From Octopus bimaculoides (lineage: Eukaryota): DNA of 47,830 nt. The notes under the pieces were generated by a model. That model had not been told where the DNA came from. It saw nothing but the letters and a program-made list of their open reading frames with translations, and made no database searches. Of this stretch, positions 1 through 11,235 are shown piece by piece. The position numbers and the translations under genes were made by a program. Location: the NCBI RefSeq assembly GCF_001194135.2, contig NC_068991.1, forward strand, positions 7,915,574 through 7,963,403, given 5' to 3'. The stretch's first letter is position 1, and every line of letters begins with the position of its first letter.

Positions 1-491
1 GTCTGTTTTATTTCAATATATATGAAATGTTTGTTTTATTTAATTTACTTCCATATATTGACTGTCAGATTGTGAAAAACCAAAATCACAGAACTAGAGA
101 CAAAGAACAACTCCCAGAGATATTGTTTCACAGAAGCCAGCCCCACCGTCCCCTTCTTTTGTCTTTCTTGTTATATTCTCTTGGTTGTTAACACTTTTCC
201 CACCATCACAGCTGCCCCTGCCTTTGTTAATACAATTCCTTCCTCCTCCTCTGTCTGTCTGCCTTTCTGTTACATCAGCAATAATTCAACCAATCACAAT
301 GAATCTTTAAGACACACACACACACACACACACATATCCCCTACAGGCAGCTGACAACCAAATATACATCTCACTACACACATTATGTTTCTCTGCTCTG
401 TCAGACCCCACTAAAGCATTTTTTGTGCTCATACTTGCTTCATTGGTACACCATATGAAATTCTAACCAACCCCTATTCTGTATACTGGGT

Positions 492-700
492 ATCTTTTAT
501 CTTTTACTTGCTTCAGTCATTGGACAGCAGCCATGCCGGAGCACTACTTTGAAGGGATTTAGTTTAAATGAATTCATCCCTGGTACCTTTTTTTTTAAAA
601 GCTTGGTAATTATTCTATTGGTTTTCTTTTGCTGAACTACTAAGTCACAGGGATGTAAACAAACCAACACCAGTTGTCCAGTGGTGAGGGGCAAATGCAA
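492..700 (-). mobile_element. SINE family B, 3' body/tail fragment
   Basis: TCTTTTACTTGCTTCAGTCATTGGACAGCAGCCATGCCGGAGCAC...CAACACCAGTTGTC matches the tail of the full-length copy at 39503-40090. Confidence 0.8.
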
Positions 701-934
701 ACACAAACATAAATATGTTCACACATAGATATATATCCAAGTTTGTATGATTATATATAGAACAATATATTAACCAATGAAATTCCAATCTAGTCTGATT
801 TTCACATTTTATTATTTACAATTTTACAATATACAATATCATAACAATACAATATTATAAATTTATTGTGATAAAACTAGTACTTTCATGTGTTACACAA
901 TCATCAGGTTTATGTTGTAGTAGTGACAGCCATG

Positions 935-1082
935 TTCCACACTTGACAGCTATAGCATGGCATGTTGCCCAACGATCCAAGGTACTTTTGAGTGGGCTGA
1001 TTATGTGACACTGGTGTACGTTACAGCTGGGAGCTCACTTCATTTGCCAGGTCTTCTCAGTCACAGCATATCTCCAGATGTC
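935..1082 (-). mobile_element. RTE LINE fragment (ORF C-terminus plus start of 3'UTR)
   Basis: Reverse strand reads WRYAVTEKTWQMK-stop, homologous to WKYAVREKTRQAK-stop at 42551-42664. Confidence 0.7.
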
Positions 1083-1157
1083 TGTGTGTATATATATATT
1101 TATACATACACGTATATACACATACACACACACATATATATATATATACTCACATAA

Positions 1158-1191
<34 letters not shown>

Positions 1192-1285
1192 GTGTGTGTA
1201 TAAATATATATATGTATATGTGTGTGTGTGTATGTATGTATGTGTGTATGTGTGTGTTTGAGTGTGTGTATGTGTGTGCACGCGG
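1082..1285. repeat. (TA)n/(TG)n compound microsatellite
   Basis: Directly visible dinucleotide runs; abuts a SINE body. Confidence 0.95.
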
Positions 1286-1530
1286 GTATATGTTATTGTC
1301 TCCTTACCTTGATTTCATGTGATAGTTATAAGCAAATGTCATCATCATGCAAGCATAATCTTTCATGGTAAACATTTCTGGTCTTGGGAAATATTACCAA
1401 GCTTGGAAACAAGTGAGAGTTAGTGATAATAAGGGCATCTGAGCATGGAAAAATCTACCTCAGCAAAATTCTGGTTGACCCATGCATGTATGGAAAAGCG
1501 GACGTTAAATGATGACGATTCCTTGCTTAT
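1285..1530 (+). mobile_element. SINE body with RTE-like tail (B-head family, second tail type)
   Basis: GGGAAATATTACC...AAGGGCATC...GACCCATGCATGTATGGAAAAGCGGACGTTAAATGATGACGAT; same module order as the minus-strand copy at 10140-10945. Confidence 0.75.
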
Positions 1531-2103
1531 GAAGGGTCTGCATGAGGCTCCCCTCCTTCTTACCTATTGTACACAACACACACCTACACACCTCTTATGC
1601 TCTAGAATCACTACAATGTCTCCAGATCTACCATCATTGCACTGATGTTGATGGTGACAGTGTTGAAGTTTTACACCTGAGAGGAAGAGGTCTTTTAACA
1701 CCTGATCTACTCTTACATGTATAGACACATTTAAATGTTCTCTACTCTGAAACGAAATTGCTTCTGCAAACTGCGTAATTTAAACAAATAATAATAAATA
1801 ATTATTCTCTAAAAGTCTAATTACTTCATCTTTGCCAGCCGGTCTTGTTCATATCCAAGTATTTCATTATAAAGCCAGCCACCTTTCTATACAATTTGGC
1901 ATGAGACTACAATGTATTCTCATTGCATTCATCTGATTATATCCTTAACCCAATTTGCAAGTCAATAATAGCGTTTTATGAAATATTCTAAATTTCTACT
2001 TGCAAACTATGTAATTTAACAAATAGCAGCAAAACTATTATTCACTAAAAATCAACTCAGCTCATCTCTACCAGCCTTGCTCATGACTACATATCCCAGT
2101 GTT

Positions 2104-2128
2104 ATCATCATCATCATCATCATCATCA

Positions 2129-2181
<53 letters not shown>

Positions 2182-2776
2182 ATATCATCATCATCATCAT
2201 TATGATTATTATTATTATTAATATCATCATCATCATCATCACTAAAACCACCACCACCACCACCACCATCACCNNNNNNNNNNNNNNNNNNNNNNNNNNN
2301 NNNNNNNNNNNNNNNNNNNNNNNNNNNNNNNNNNNNNNNNNNNNNNNNNNNNNNNNNNNNNNNNNNNNNNNNNNNNNNNNNNNNNNNNNNNNNNNNNNNN
2401 NNNNNNNNNNNNNNNNNNNNNNNNNNNNNNNNNNNNNNNNNNNNNNNNNNNNNNNNNNNNNNNNNNNNNNNNNNNNNNNNNNNNNNNNNNNNNNNNNNNN
2501 NNNNNNNNNNNNNNNNNNNNNNNNNNNNNNNNNNNNNNNNNNNNNNNNNNNNNNNNNNNNNNNNNNNNNNNNNNNNNNNNNNNNNNNNNNNNNNNNNNNN
2601 NNNNNNNNNNNNNNNNNNNNNNNNNNNNNNNNNNNNNNNNNNNNNNNNNNNNNNNNNNNNNNNNNNNNNNNNNNNNNNNNNNNNNNNNNNNNNNNNNNNN
2701 NNNNNNNNNNNNNNNNNNNNNNNNNNNNNNNNNNNNNNNNNNNNNNNNNNNNNNNNNNNNNNNNNNNNNNNNNNNN

Positions 2777-2837
<61 letters not shown>

Positions 2838-3032
2838 TATATATAGATAGATAGATCGATAGATGGATGGATGGATTGATGGATTGATGGATCACTACAT
2901 AAACTGATAGAAAGATAGATGGATAGATAGACAGACAGTTAGATAGATAGAAAGATAGATGAATAAATTGATAGATAGATAGATAGATGGATAAATAAAT
3001 CGGTCGATTGATCAATAGACAGATAGATAGAG

Positions 3033-3066
<34 letters not shown>
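2104..3066. repeat. (ATC)n/(ATT)n/(ACC)n tract, assembly gap 2274-2776, then (GATA)n tract
   Basis: Directly visible. Confidence 0.95.
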
Positions 3067-3307
3067 GAGGATTGATTGATGGGTAGAGAGTTAGGCAGAC
3101 AGCTAAAGAGGGAGGAGAGAAAGAAAAAGATAGAGAAGGATGGTTATTACCGATGGTGATGATTTAATAGTAGAGGCAAATTGTGTTGATTTCCTTCTAC
3201 TTTTTCTCCCTCTTTGGACAAAAAATATTTACATGCATCAATTTGAAAACTCAGACTTTAATTTACAACATGCAATCCTCCCGAGAAGCTGCTCTATTCT
3301 AGCAAAA

Positions 3308-3311
3308 TAAC

Positions 3312-3342
<31 letters not shown>

Positions 3343-3356
3343 TTAATAATAATGAA

Positions 3357-3410
<54 letters not shown>

Positions 3411-3418
3411 AATGATGG

Positions 3419-3473
<55 letters not shown>

Positions 3474-3498
3474 AATAATAATGATGGTGATGATGATG

Positions 3499-3530
<32 letters not shown>

Positions 3531-3960
3531 GGTGATGATGATGATGGTGGTGGTGGTGGTGGTGGTGATTATTATTATTATTATTATCATCATCATCATC
3601 ATCAGCAGCAGCAGCAGTAGTAGTAGTATCCTCATCATCACTATCTCCATCATCATTGCTGCGACCACCACCACCAACACCACCACCACCACCACCACCA
3701 CCACCACCACCAACGTCATCATCGTCATCATGGTCACCATCGCCATCATCGCTGCCAATGGTTAGTTCCCTCTCTGTTTTATTTTTTATGTCCAATTCCA
3801 AAACTTCAGGCTGATGGTAAAACAGGATAAAGCTGAGAAGAGCGACATGGTGGACATATAATAATAACAATGGTGATGATGATGATGATGATGATGATGA
3901 CGATGATGATGACGATGATGATGATGATGACGATGATGATGATGATGATGATGATGATAA
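3308..3960. repeat. Compound trinucleotide microsatellite field (AAT, GAT, GGT, ATT, ATC, ACC)
   Basis: Directly visible; source of the poly-M/H/I ORFs in the track. Confidence 0.95.
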
Positions 3961-4208
3961 TGTTGAACAAAGGAAGACATCTTGTTTTATATTGACTCGT
4001 CCAATCCTGAATGAGTTCAACAACCTAGAACAAATGAAATATCGGATGGTAAATGGTGATGCTGAGGTGGAATGCTGTTAGTGACATTGAACTTTCTATT
4101 TTTGAATAAAAGGAAAATATTATAAAAATTACAAGCCATCCACTAGATTTTCATAGCTTTTTCTCCCCTTCCTTTTACATTATCTTTTTTGTATTTTTAA
4201 AATTTTTT

Positions 4209-4343
4209 GTCATGGCTGTGTGGTCAAGAAGCTAGCTTTGCAACCAAATAGTTTCCAGTTCAGTCCCACTCTGTAGCACCATGGCCAAGTGTTTCTTTTT
4301 TTATCATTATAGCTCTAGGCTGACCAATGCCTTGTGAGGCGAT
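4209..4343 (+). mobile_element. SINE family B, tRNA-like head
   Basis: CATGGCTGTGTGGTCAAGAAGCTAGCTTTGCAACC...GTTCAGTCCCACT; box A/box B-like motifs, matches other B heads. Confidence 0.75.
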
Positions 4344-4552
4344 TTCTTCTTTTCCTCCTTCTTTGGACTTTACCATTACTCCTTTCCAATGAAGAGCTAT
4401 GCTCGAAACTTTAAGCTTTTTCCTTTCATCAAGCATAGAACTAATACACTTCTTGTGCATGTCCTCACATTCGATGTTTTCCTTTTTTCATTTTTTAACC
4501 GTTTATTTGAATTGCTTATTTGAATTGACTATATACAGGGGGTGCTGAAGTA

Positions 4553-4926
4553 GGTTGATTGGTTGGTTGGTTGGCACTCCGTCGGTTATGATGACGAGGG
4601 TTCCAATTGATCCAATCACTGGAACAGCCTGCTCATGAAATTAACGTGCAAGTGGCTGAGCACTCCACAGACTAGTTCTTGGGGATATTCAGCGTGACAC
4701 AGTGTAACTATTTGAATTACAGACACAACAGAAACAGGAAGTAAGAGTGAGAGAAAGTTGTGGTGAAAGAGTACAGCAGGGTTCGCCACCATCCCCTGCT
4801 GGAGCCTCGTGGAGCTTTAGGTGTTTTCGCTTAATAAACACTCACAACATCCGGTCTGGGAATCGAAACCGCGATCCTATGACCACGAGTCCGCTGTCCT
4901 AACCATTGGGCCATTGCGCCTCCACT
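4553..4926 (-). mobile_element. Full-length tRNA-derived SINE (family A), (CCAA)n tail
   Basis: Minus strand begins GGCGCAATGGCCCAATGGTTAGGACAGCGGACTCGTGGTCATAGGATCGCGGTTTCGATTCCCAGACCGG (tRNA-like, box A TGGCCCAATGG, box B GGTTTCGATTCC) and ends CGACGGAGTG(CCAA)n. Probably one of the described octopus tRNA-derived SINEs (OK/OR1/OR2), but I cannot assign which. Confidence 0.85.
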
Positions 4927-5035
4927 TTCTCTAGCATTATACACAGTTCAACCTACACAAGTGAACACATGAAAAACAAAATAGAAATTTCGAAAGGAAT
5001 TCCTATAAAACTAGTTTTTAAACATTGAACTGCTA

Positions 5036-5104
5036 TGAGGGGTCCACCAGAATAAAGTAATAATCAAAAGGGGTCCGTAGATAAAAAATGGTTGTGAACC
5101 CCTA
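5036..5104. mobile_element. hAT-like MITE terminal fragment
   Basis: GGGGTCCGTAGATAAAAAATGGTTGTGAACCCCTAG resembles ends of small hAT-type elements; related GGGGTCCAC motif at 33279-33330. From recall only. Confidence 0.35.
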
Positions 5105-5517
5105 GTTTAGATGAAACTGTTATAAGACAAAAAAAAAAGAACCCTTATTTAGATGAAACTGTTATAAAAAACATCTCAACACATTTTCTATTTTACACGT
5201 TTACTTTGTGTTCTTGTTTCAATGTTGCTTTTGAAGATGAACTTGGTGGAGGTTCAAACCTAACAACCTCTATTGTTCGTCTGGCTCGGATTCTGCCTAT
5301 TAGTACAAAACTTATTGATTTTTTTTCTTCTTCCTTTTTAACCATTTACACATTGGGGACATTAACAGAGAGCAATTTATTGATTATAGAAAATTATAAT
5401 TACCCAAAACGTTTATCTTCGCTAAGCATGCACTAAAAAAAGTCACTAAACTATTTAACACCGATACTGAGTACTATTTTCAATGGCCACTGTACATTTA
5501 TTGGTGCCTAAACCAAG

Positions 5518-5895
5518 ATCATCATCATCATCGTTTAACGTCTGCTTTCCATGCTGGCATGGGTTGGATGGTTTGACTGGGGTCTGGCAAGCCAGGAGGC
5601 TGCACCAGGCTCCAGTCTGATCTGGCAATGTTTCTACAACTGGATGCCCTTCCTAACGCCAACCACTCTGAGAGTGTAGTGGGTACTTTTTATGTGCCAT
5701 TGGCACGGCAGACAGTCAGGTGACACTGGCATTGGCCATGTTCGGATGGTGCTTTTTACATGCTACCAGCACCAGAGCCAGTCAGGGCAGGGGTGCTGGC
5801 ATCGATCATGTTCAGATGGTGCTTTTTATGTGCCACTGGCATGGGGAGCCAGTCGAGTAGCACTGGCATCGACCCACACACAAATGGTGCTCATT
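5518..5895 (-). mobile_element. RTE LINE 3'-end copy (family D)
   Basis: (ATC)n-GTTTAACGTCTGCTTTCCATGCTGGCATGGGTTGG...GGATGCCCTTCCTAACGCCAACCACTC; reverse complement of the tail at 43200-43380 and 46322-46500. Confidence 0.85.
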
Positions 5896-6192
5896 GCGTG
5901 TATTAGGTTAGTAACACAAAGATCTACACCCTACAGATGTATTGAACTTGTGATTAGTCTTTTAGAAATACACAACTATAAACATTACAAGGTGTGTGTG
6001 TGTGTGTATGCCTGTAATTGAAAAAGAAAAAGGAAAGGAAAAAAGGTGTCTGCCCCATAAGTCAGAGGACCCATGATTTTTTATGGGTTTTTATTTTTTT
6101 CATGAGCAGCCCTCGAAGTCTCTTCCCTCTTGATGATTACACATTGTTGATTTCCTTCTTTCTTTTTATATAATTTTGTTAGTCTTGCTTAC

Positions 6193-6255
6193 ATGCAAAA
6201 GCCTCACAACACACACATATTCTTTGTTTTGTCCTGTGCTGTCCATAATGTTTTT
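6193..6255 (-). CDS. Candidate 63-nt exon of an unidentified gene (KNIMDSTGQNKEYVCVVRLLH)
   Basis: tttacattcag| ... CAT|gtaagc; phase 0-0, open frame. No homology recognised. Confidence 0.3.
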
Positions 6256-6288
6256 CTGAATGTAAACCCTTATGGTTAATAAAGAAAT

Positions 6289-6379
<91 letters not shown>

Positions 6380-6852
6380 ATTATTATTATTATTATTATT
6401 ATCATTATTTTTTTTTTTTTTAATATAAAATTGAGAAAAAGTAAGAAAAAATGTAATTATTTATTCGATAATATATTATGTGGAACTCACATCCCCATAA
6501 AAAAAAATTTCATGTTATATAATAGAGTCTTTTATTAGCTACCAAATTAGACTGTAAAAGTTAATTAATTTTCAAAAAATAATTTTAAAATAATTCAACC
6601 TCCAATTTAACTTACACTGCTTTACATTAATAAATACAAAATTTTATGCATGAAGCATGTATAAAAATTTTGTACACATTCATGCCAAAACAGTCTAATT
6701 TTTGTATCACAATTGTTTCCACTCCATAGTTTGTTATTATCAGTCCTTGTGCTAAATTGTCTTTGCGTGGGATTGTTTAGTCTAGAATTATTGGCAAATG
6801 CTTAGAAAGCTAAGAATGAAAGGCCACATGAAAGGAAGTTTTTTATATAAAC

Positions 6853-7005
6853 ACAGGCATGGCTGTGTGGTTAAGAAGCTTGCTTTGCAACCATGTGGTT
6901 TCAAGTTCAGTCCTACTGCATGGTACTTTGGAAAAGTGTCTTTTATTATTGCCCTGGGCCGACCAATGCTTTGTGAGTGAATTTGGTTGTCAGAATCTAT
7001 GCAGA
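6853..7005 (+). mobile_element. SINE family B, tRNA-like head
   Basis: CAGGCATGGCTGTGTGGTTAAGAAGCTTGCTTTGCAACCATGTGGTTTCAAGTTCAGTCC. Confidence 0.8.
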
Positions 7006-7046
7006 ATTTGGGATGAAACAACGACACACATTGCCTCAGAATGTCT

Positions 7047-7187
7047 CAACTGGTACTTATTTAATTGACCCCGGAAGGATGAAAGGCAAAGTCAACCTCA
7101 GCGGAATTTGAACTCAGAACGTATTGGCAGATGAAATACCGCAGAGCATTTCGCCCGGCGTGCTAACAATTCTGCCAGATCACCACC
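7047..7187 (-). mobile_element. SINE family C, 3'-truncated
   Basis: Minus strand GGTGGTGATCTGGCAGAATTGTTAGCACGCCGGGCGAAATGC...TTCTGAGTTCAAATTCCGCTGAGGTTGACTTTGCCTTTCATCC. Confidence 0.85.
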
Positions 7188-7579
7188 TTTGAACCTAATA
7201 ACGATAATGATAATTCAAACTGATGCCAAGAGTGATGGTGAAGTTTTAATTAACTAAAATGCTGCAAAGATAAACGGAAATAGGATAATGCAATAATTGT
7301 TATGGAAAATTTACAAATAATTGGTGTTTTATCAATGATATTTCAATAAATACTTCTGTTACTGCAATTTCATTTGCTTTGTTCAACACCAATATTTTAG
7401 TGCTTGTAAATTATTCTGACAATATATATAATTGCTGTACCATCCTGGACAACGAACTGACATGTGAAATATTCCTGAGCCCCTTGCTTGTGCTTTTATT
7501 ATGTTTTATTTTTGTTTGTTCTTCTTTCATTATGCCATTTCAAATATTTCTTCTTGTAATTTTCAAGTAATTTTCTTTT

Positions 7580-7611
<32 letters not shown>

Positions 7612-7713
7612 CCAAAATGTACAATTGATCCGATTCTTCTGTTGTTGCATTGTATTTGGATCCAATTTTAGACAAATTAAATAACAGGAAACATCTTAAT
7701 TTTTATATCCACT

Positions 7714-7895
7714 GAATTGTTAGCATGCCAGGCAAAAATGCTTTGTGGTATTTCATCCATCTTTACTTTCTGAGTTCAAATTCCGTTGAAGTCAACTTTG
7801 CCTTTCATGTGATAAAATGATTACTGCTTTGATGTAAGTGACTAAACCCATCCCCTGAAATTGCTGGCCTTGTTCCAAAAATTTGAAACCAATAT
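7714..7895 (+). mobile_element. SINE family C, diverged
   Basis: GTTAGCATGCCAGGCAAAAATGC...TTCTGAGTTCAAATTCCG...GCTGGCCTTGTTCCAAAAATTTGAAACC. Confidence 0.75.
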
Positions 7896-7960
7896 TTATG
7901 CCCACCCTTTCTGAATGTAAACGAGAATCCAAGGTTGGGTTCAATATTCTACCAGGACAC

Positions 7961-8094
7961 CTGATGATGATGATGATGATGATGGTGATGATGGTGATGA
8001 TGGCGACAGCAATGCTGCTGTGGAGGATGGCAATAATAATGATGATGATGATGATGGTGATGGTGAAGGTGATGGTGATGAGGATGATGATGAA

Positions 8095-8125
<31 letters not shown>

Positions 8126-8232
8126 GCAATGACAATGCTCCTGCAGAGGATGGTGGTGGTTGTAGCGACGATGATAATGATGATGATGTCAGTGATGTTA
8201 ATGAGAATAATGGAGGTGGTGATAGTGGAGAA

Positions 8233-8266
<34 letters not shown>

Positions 8267-8876
8267 GCGATGAATAATGCTGATGCTGGTGATGNNNNNN
8301 NNNNNNNNNNNNNNNNNNNNNNNNNNNNNNNNNNNNNNNNNNNNNNNNNNNNNNNNNNNNNNNNNNNNNNNNNNNNNNNNNNNNNNNNNNNNNNNNNNNN
8401 NNNNNNNNNNNNNNNNNNNNNNNNNNNNNNNNNNNNNNNNNNNNNNNNNNNNNNNNNNNNNNNNNNNNNNNNNNNNNNNNNNNNNNNNNNNNNNNNNNNN
8501 NNNNNNNNNNNNNNNNNNNNNNNNNNNNNNNNNNNNNNNNNNNNNNNNNNNNNNNNNNNNNNNNNNNNNNNNNNNNNNNNNNNNNNNNNNNNNNNNNNNN
8601 NNNNNNNNNNNNNNNNNNNNNNNNNNNNNNNNNNNNNNNNNNNNNNNNNNNNNNNNNNNNNNNNNNNNNNNNNNNNNNNNNNNNNNNNNNNNNNNNNNNN
8701 NNNNNNNNNNNNNNNNNNNNNNNNNNNNNNNNNNNNNNNNNNNNNNNNNNNNNNNNNNNNNNNNNNNNNNNNNNNNNNNNNNNNNNNNNNNNNNNNNNNN
8801 NNNNNNNNNNNNNNNNNNNNNNNNNNNNNNNNNNNNNNNNNNNNNNNNNNNNNNNNNNNNNNNNNNNNNNNNNNNN
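7961..8876. repeat. (GAT/GGT)n imperfect microsatellite plus assembly gap 8295-8876
   Basis: Directly visible. Confidence 0.9.
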
Positions 8877-9439
8877 ATATGTTGATTTTTGTTGGGTTGC
8901 CAATCGCTTTATGGTTCCGCGATTTGCCAGTGGTTCCATGATATGCCACCCTGATCATTGTTCTCTAAGCTGTCAGGTTTTGGGCATTTTTTTCTTTTTT
9001 ATTTATTTATTTATTTATTTATTACATATTTTTATTTTATTTTATTTTTATTTTATTTGTTTCATTTCATTTCATTTTTTTTTAAGGAATATAATTGCTG
9101 GAATTTGAAAGGACTAGTGGTGGTCTCTGTTGGCAAGAGTCTATAATACTGTAAAAGTAAGAAGAAAATAAACAACAAAAAGTAACAAACAAACAAAAAC
9201 AAAAATCCGGTATATTTGGTTGCCATGAAGAGAAGAACTATTGAATGTTTTGAACAGAGTCCATCTATGCAGCCATAATAATGATAAAGCTGTTAGCTTT
9301 TTATTATTATCTTTATTATTATTATTATTATTATTCTCATTATTATTGTTATTATTATTATTGTTATCATAATGTTGTTGCATTGAGTCGTTGAAACCCT
9401 GCCACCCCTCGAAATTTGTGTGAAAGAGAAGGAACCATT

Positions 9440-9880
9440 GTTGCTTGTTGTTGCGAAATTATCATCATCATTGTCATCACCGTCATCATCATCATCATCA
9501 TTGTCGTCGTCACCTTCACCGCTGTTGTTGTTGTTGTTGTTGTTGTTGCTGTTGCTGTCGTCATTGTTGTCGTTGTCATCGTCGTCATCGTCGTCGTCGT
9601 CATCATCATCATCGTCATCGTTGTTATTGTCATCATCATCTTCATTGCCATCATCATCATCATCATCATCATCGTTGTCGTCATCATCATCATCATCATT
9701 ATCATCGCCCTCCTCCTCATCATCATCAGCATCATCATCATCAGCATCACCATCATGATCATCACCGTCATCGTTGTTGTTGTCATCATCTTCACTGTCC
9801 TCCTCCTCATTGTTATGGCTGTTGTTTTTGCTGCCGTTGTTGCTGTTGTTGCTGTTGTCGGTGTTGGTGTTGGTGTTGGG
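9440..9880. repeat. Imperfect (ATC/GTC/GTT)n microsatellite
   Basis: Directly visible. Confidence 0.9.
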
Positions 9881-10139
9881 CAGTTAGTTCTACTTCAGCA
9901 GATCTAAGAAGCATAAGGCAGCCAATCAAAGGCCTTCCCCATACACTAATGGACAATGTTTGGCATGTCAGCTTGTGTTAATCTCCATTGAATTATTGAT
10001 ATTTTATTCATAGTTATTGTATACTTTCTTTTAGATGTGATACCATAAGACGCAGCTCTTGAATTGTGTTGTTCCCTATTTCAAGATGATAAGGAGTTTG
10101 TTGGCGGCAATCTGGCTATTACATTGAGCAGCTCAAGCA

Positions 10140-10160
10140 ACTGTGTAGAGTCATCATCAC

Positions 10161-10217
<57 letters not shown>

Positions 10218-10945
10218 TCAATGTTCGCTTTTCCATGTTTGCATGGGTCAGGTGGAGTTTATTGAGACAGTTTTATTTACGGCTGGCTGTTCTTCCTGTT
10301 GCCAACCCTCGCCTGTTTTCAAGCAAGGTAATATTTCCCCAAGGTGGCAAGCTGGCAGAAACATTAGCACACCGGGCAACATGCTTAGCGGTATTTCCTC
10401 TGTCTTTACATTCTGAGTTCAAATTCCCCCAAGGTCGACTTTGCCTTTCATCTTTTTGGGGTTGATAAATTAAGTACCAGTTATGTACTGGGGTCGATTG
10501 AATCAATTGGCCCCCTCCCCCAAAAATTTCGGGCCTTGTGCCTAGAGTAGAAAAGAATATTTTCCCATGGCCAGACATGTTTTCACAGAATATTGCAGAT
10601 AAATGACACTGCTTGATTGACAGTGACACTTGTTTACAGCGATCACGTGATGTCAACATAAGAAGACCCAAACATACACACACTCACATGCATACACACT
10701 CATACACATGCATGCACGCATACACTTACACACACACAAATACACACATACACATGTATGTATGTATGTATGTACAATGGGCTTCTTTCAGTTTCTGTCT
10801 TCTAAATCTACTTGCAAGGCTTTAGATGGCTTAGGGCTATAGAAGAATATACTTGCTCAAGGTTCCATGGAGTGGGATCGAACCCAGAACTATATGGTTG
10901 GGAAGCAAACTCTTTAACCATATAGCCAAGCCTGCACCTATCCAG
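10140..10945 (-). mobile_element. Full-length SINE (B head, internal CA/TG tract, RTE-like tail) interrupted by a family C SINE
   Basis: Head at 10760-10945, internal microsatellite ~10675-10755, body 10560-10675 continuing at 10270-10340, tail CCCATGCAAACATGGAAAAGCGAACATTGAA(TGA)n. Confidence 0.8.
10342..10560 (+). mobile_element. Full-length SINE family C nested in another SINE, ~12-bp TSD
   Basis: AGGTGGCAAGCTGGCAGAAACATTAGCAC...CCTAGAGTAGAAAAGAAT flanked by AATATTTCCCCA (10330-10341) and AATATTTTCCCA (10556-10567). Confidence 0.85.
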
Positions 10946-11235
10946 CCATGCCAGTGCCTCTTGACTTATTTTTTTATATCTTTAATTTATGAGTGTGTTG
11001 AACATTATTTTATAGTAAATTTGAATAACATCTTATGAAATAAATGCTCAAATTTCAAGTTTTATGTTTCATAAACAAACACACAAACCAGATTCTCTTC
11101 TTATTTACAGCCCATCTTTGCTGTTCAGGTCATCGTCCTCAGAATAATTGTTCCTGGTTCTCAAGCTTCTTCTATATTGATGCTGCTGGTATTAAAACTG
11201 AATATATTGCAATCCTTAACTCTCTGCAATAATTT

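Noticed and set aside
4850-4926. tRNA-like sequence as a real tRNA gene
   Set aside because: It continues into a SINE body and tail, and no complete cloverleaf with a paired acceptor stem is evident.
8900-8958. RVAYHGT motif resembling ADP-ribosyltransferase domains
   Set aside because: No downstream ART motifs, no pyrimidine-rich acceptor, and the sequence runs into a gap; likely chance.
9070-9148. Very strong minus-strand acceptor (ttcttacttttacag)
   Set aside because: No usable GT donor before stop codons, and the pyrimidine tract is low-complexity.
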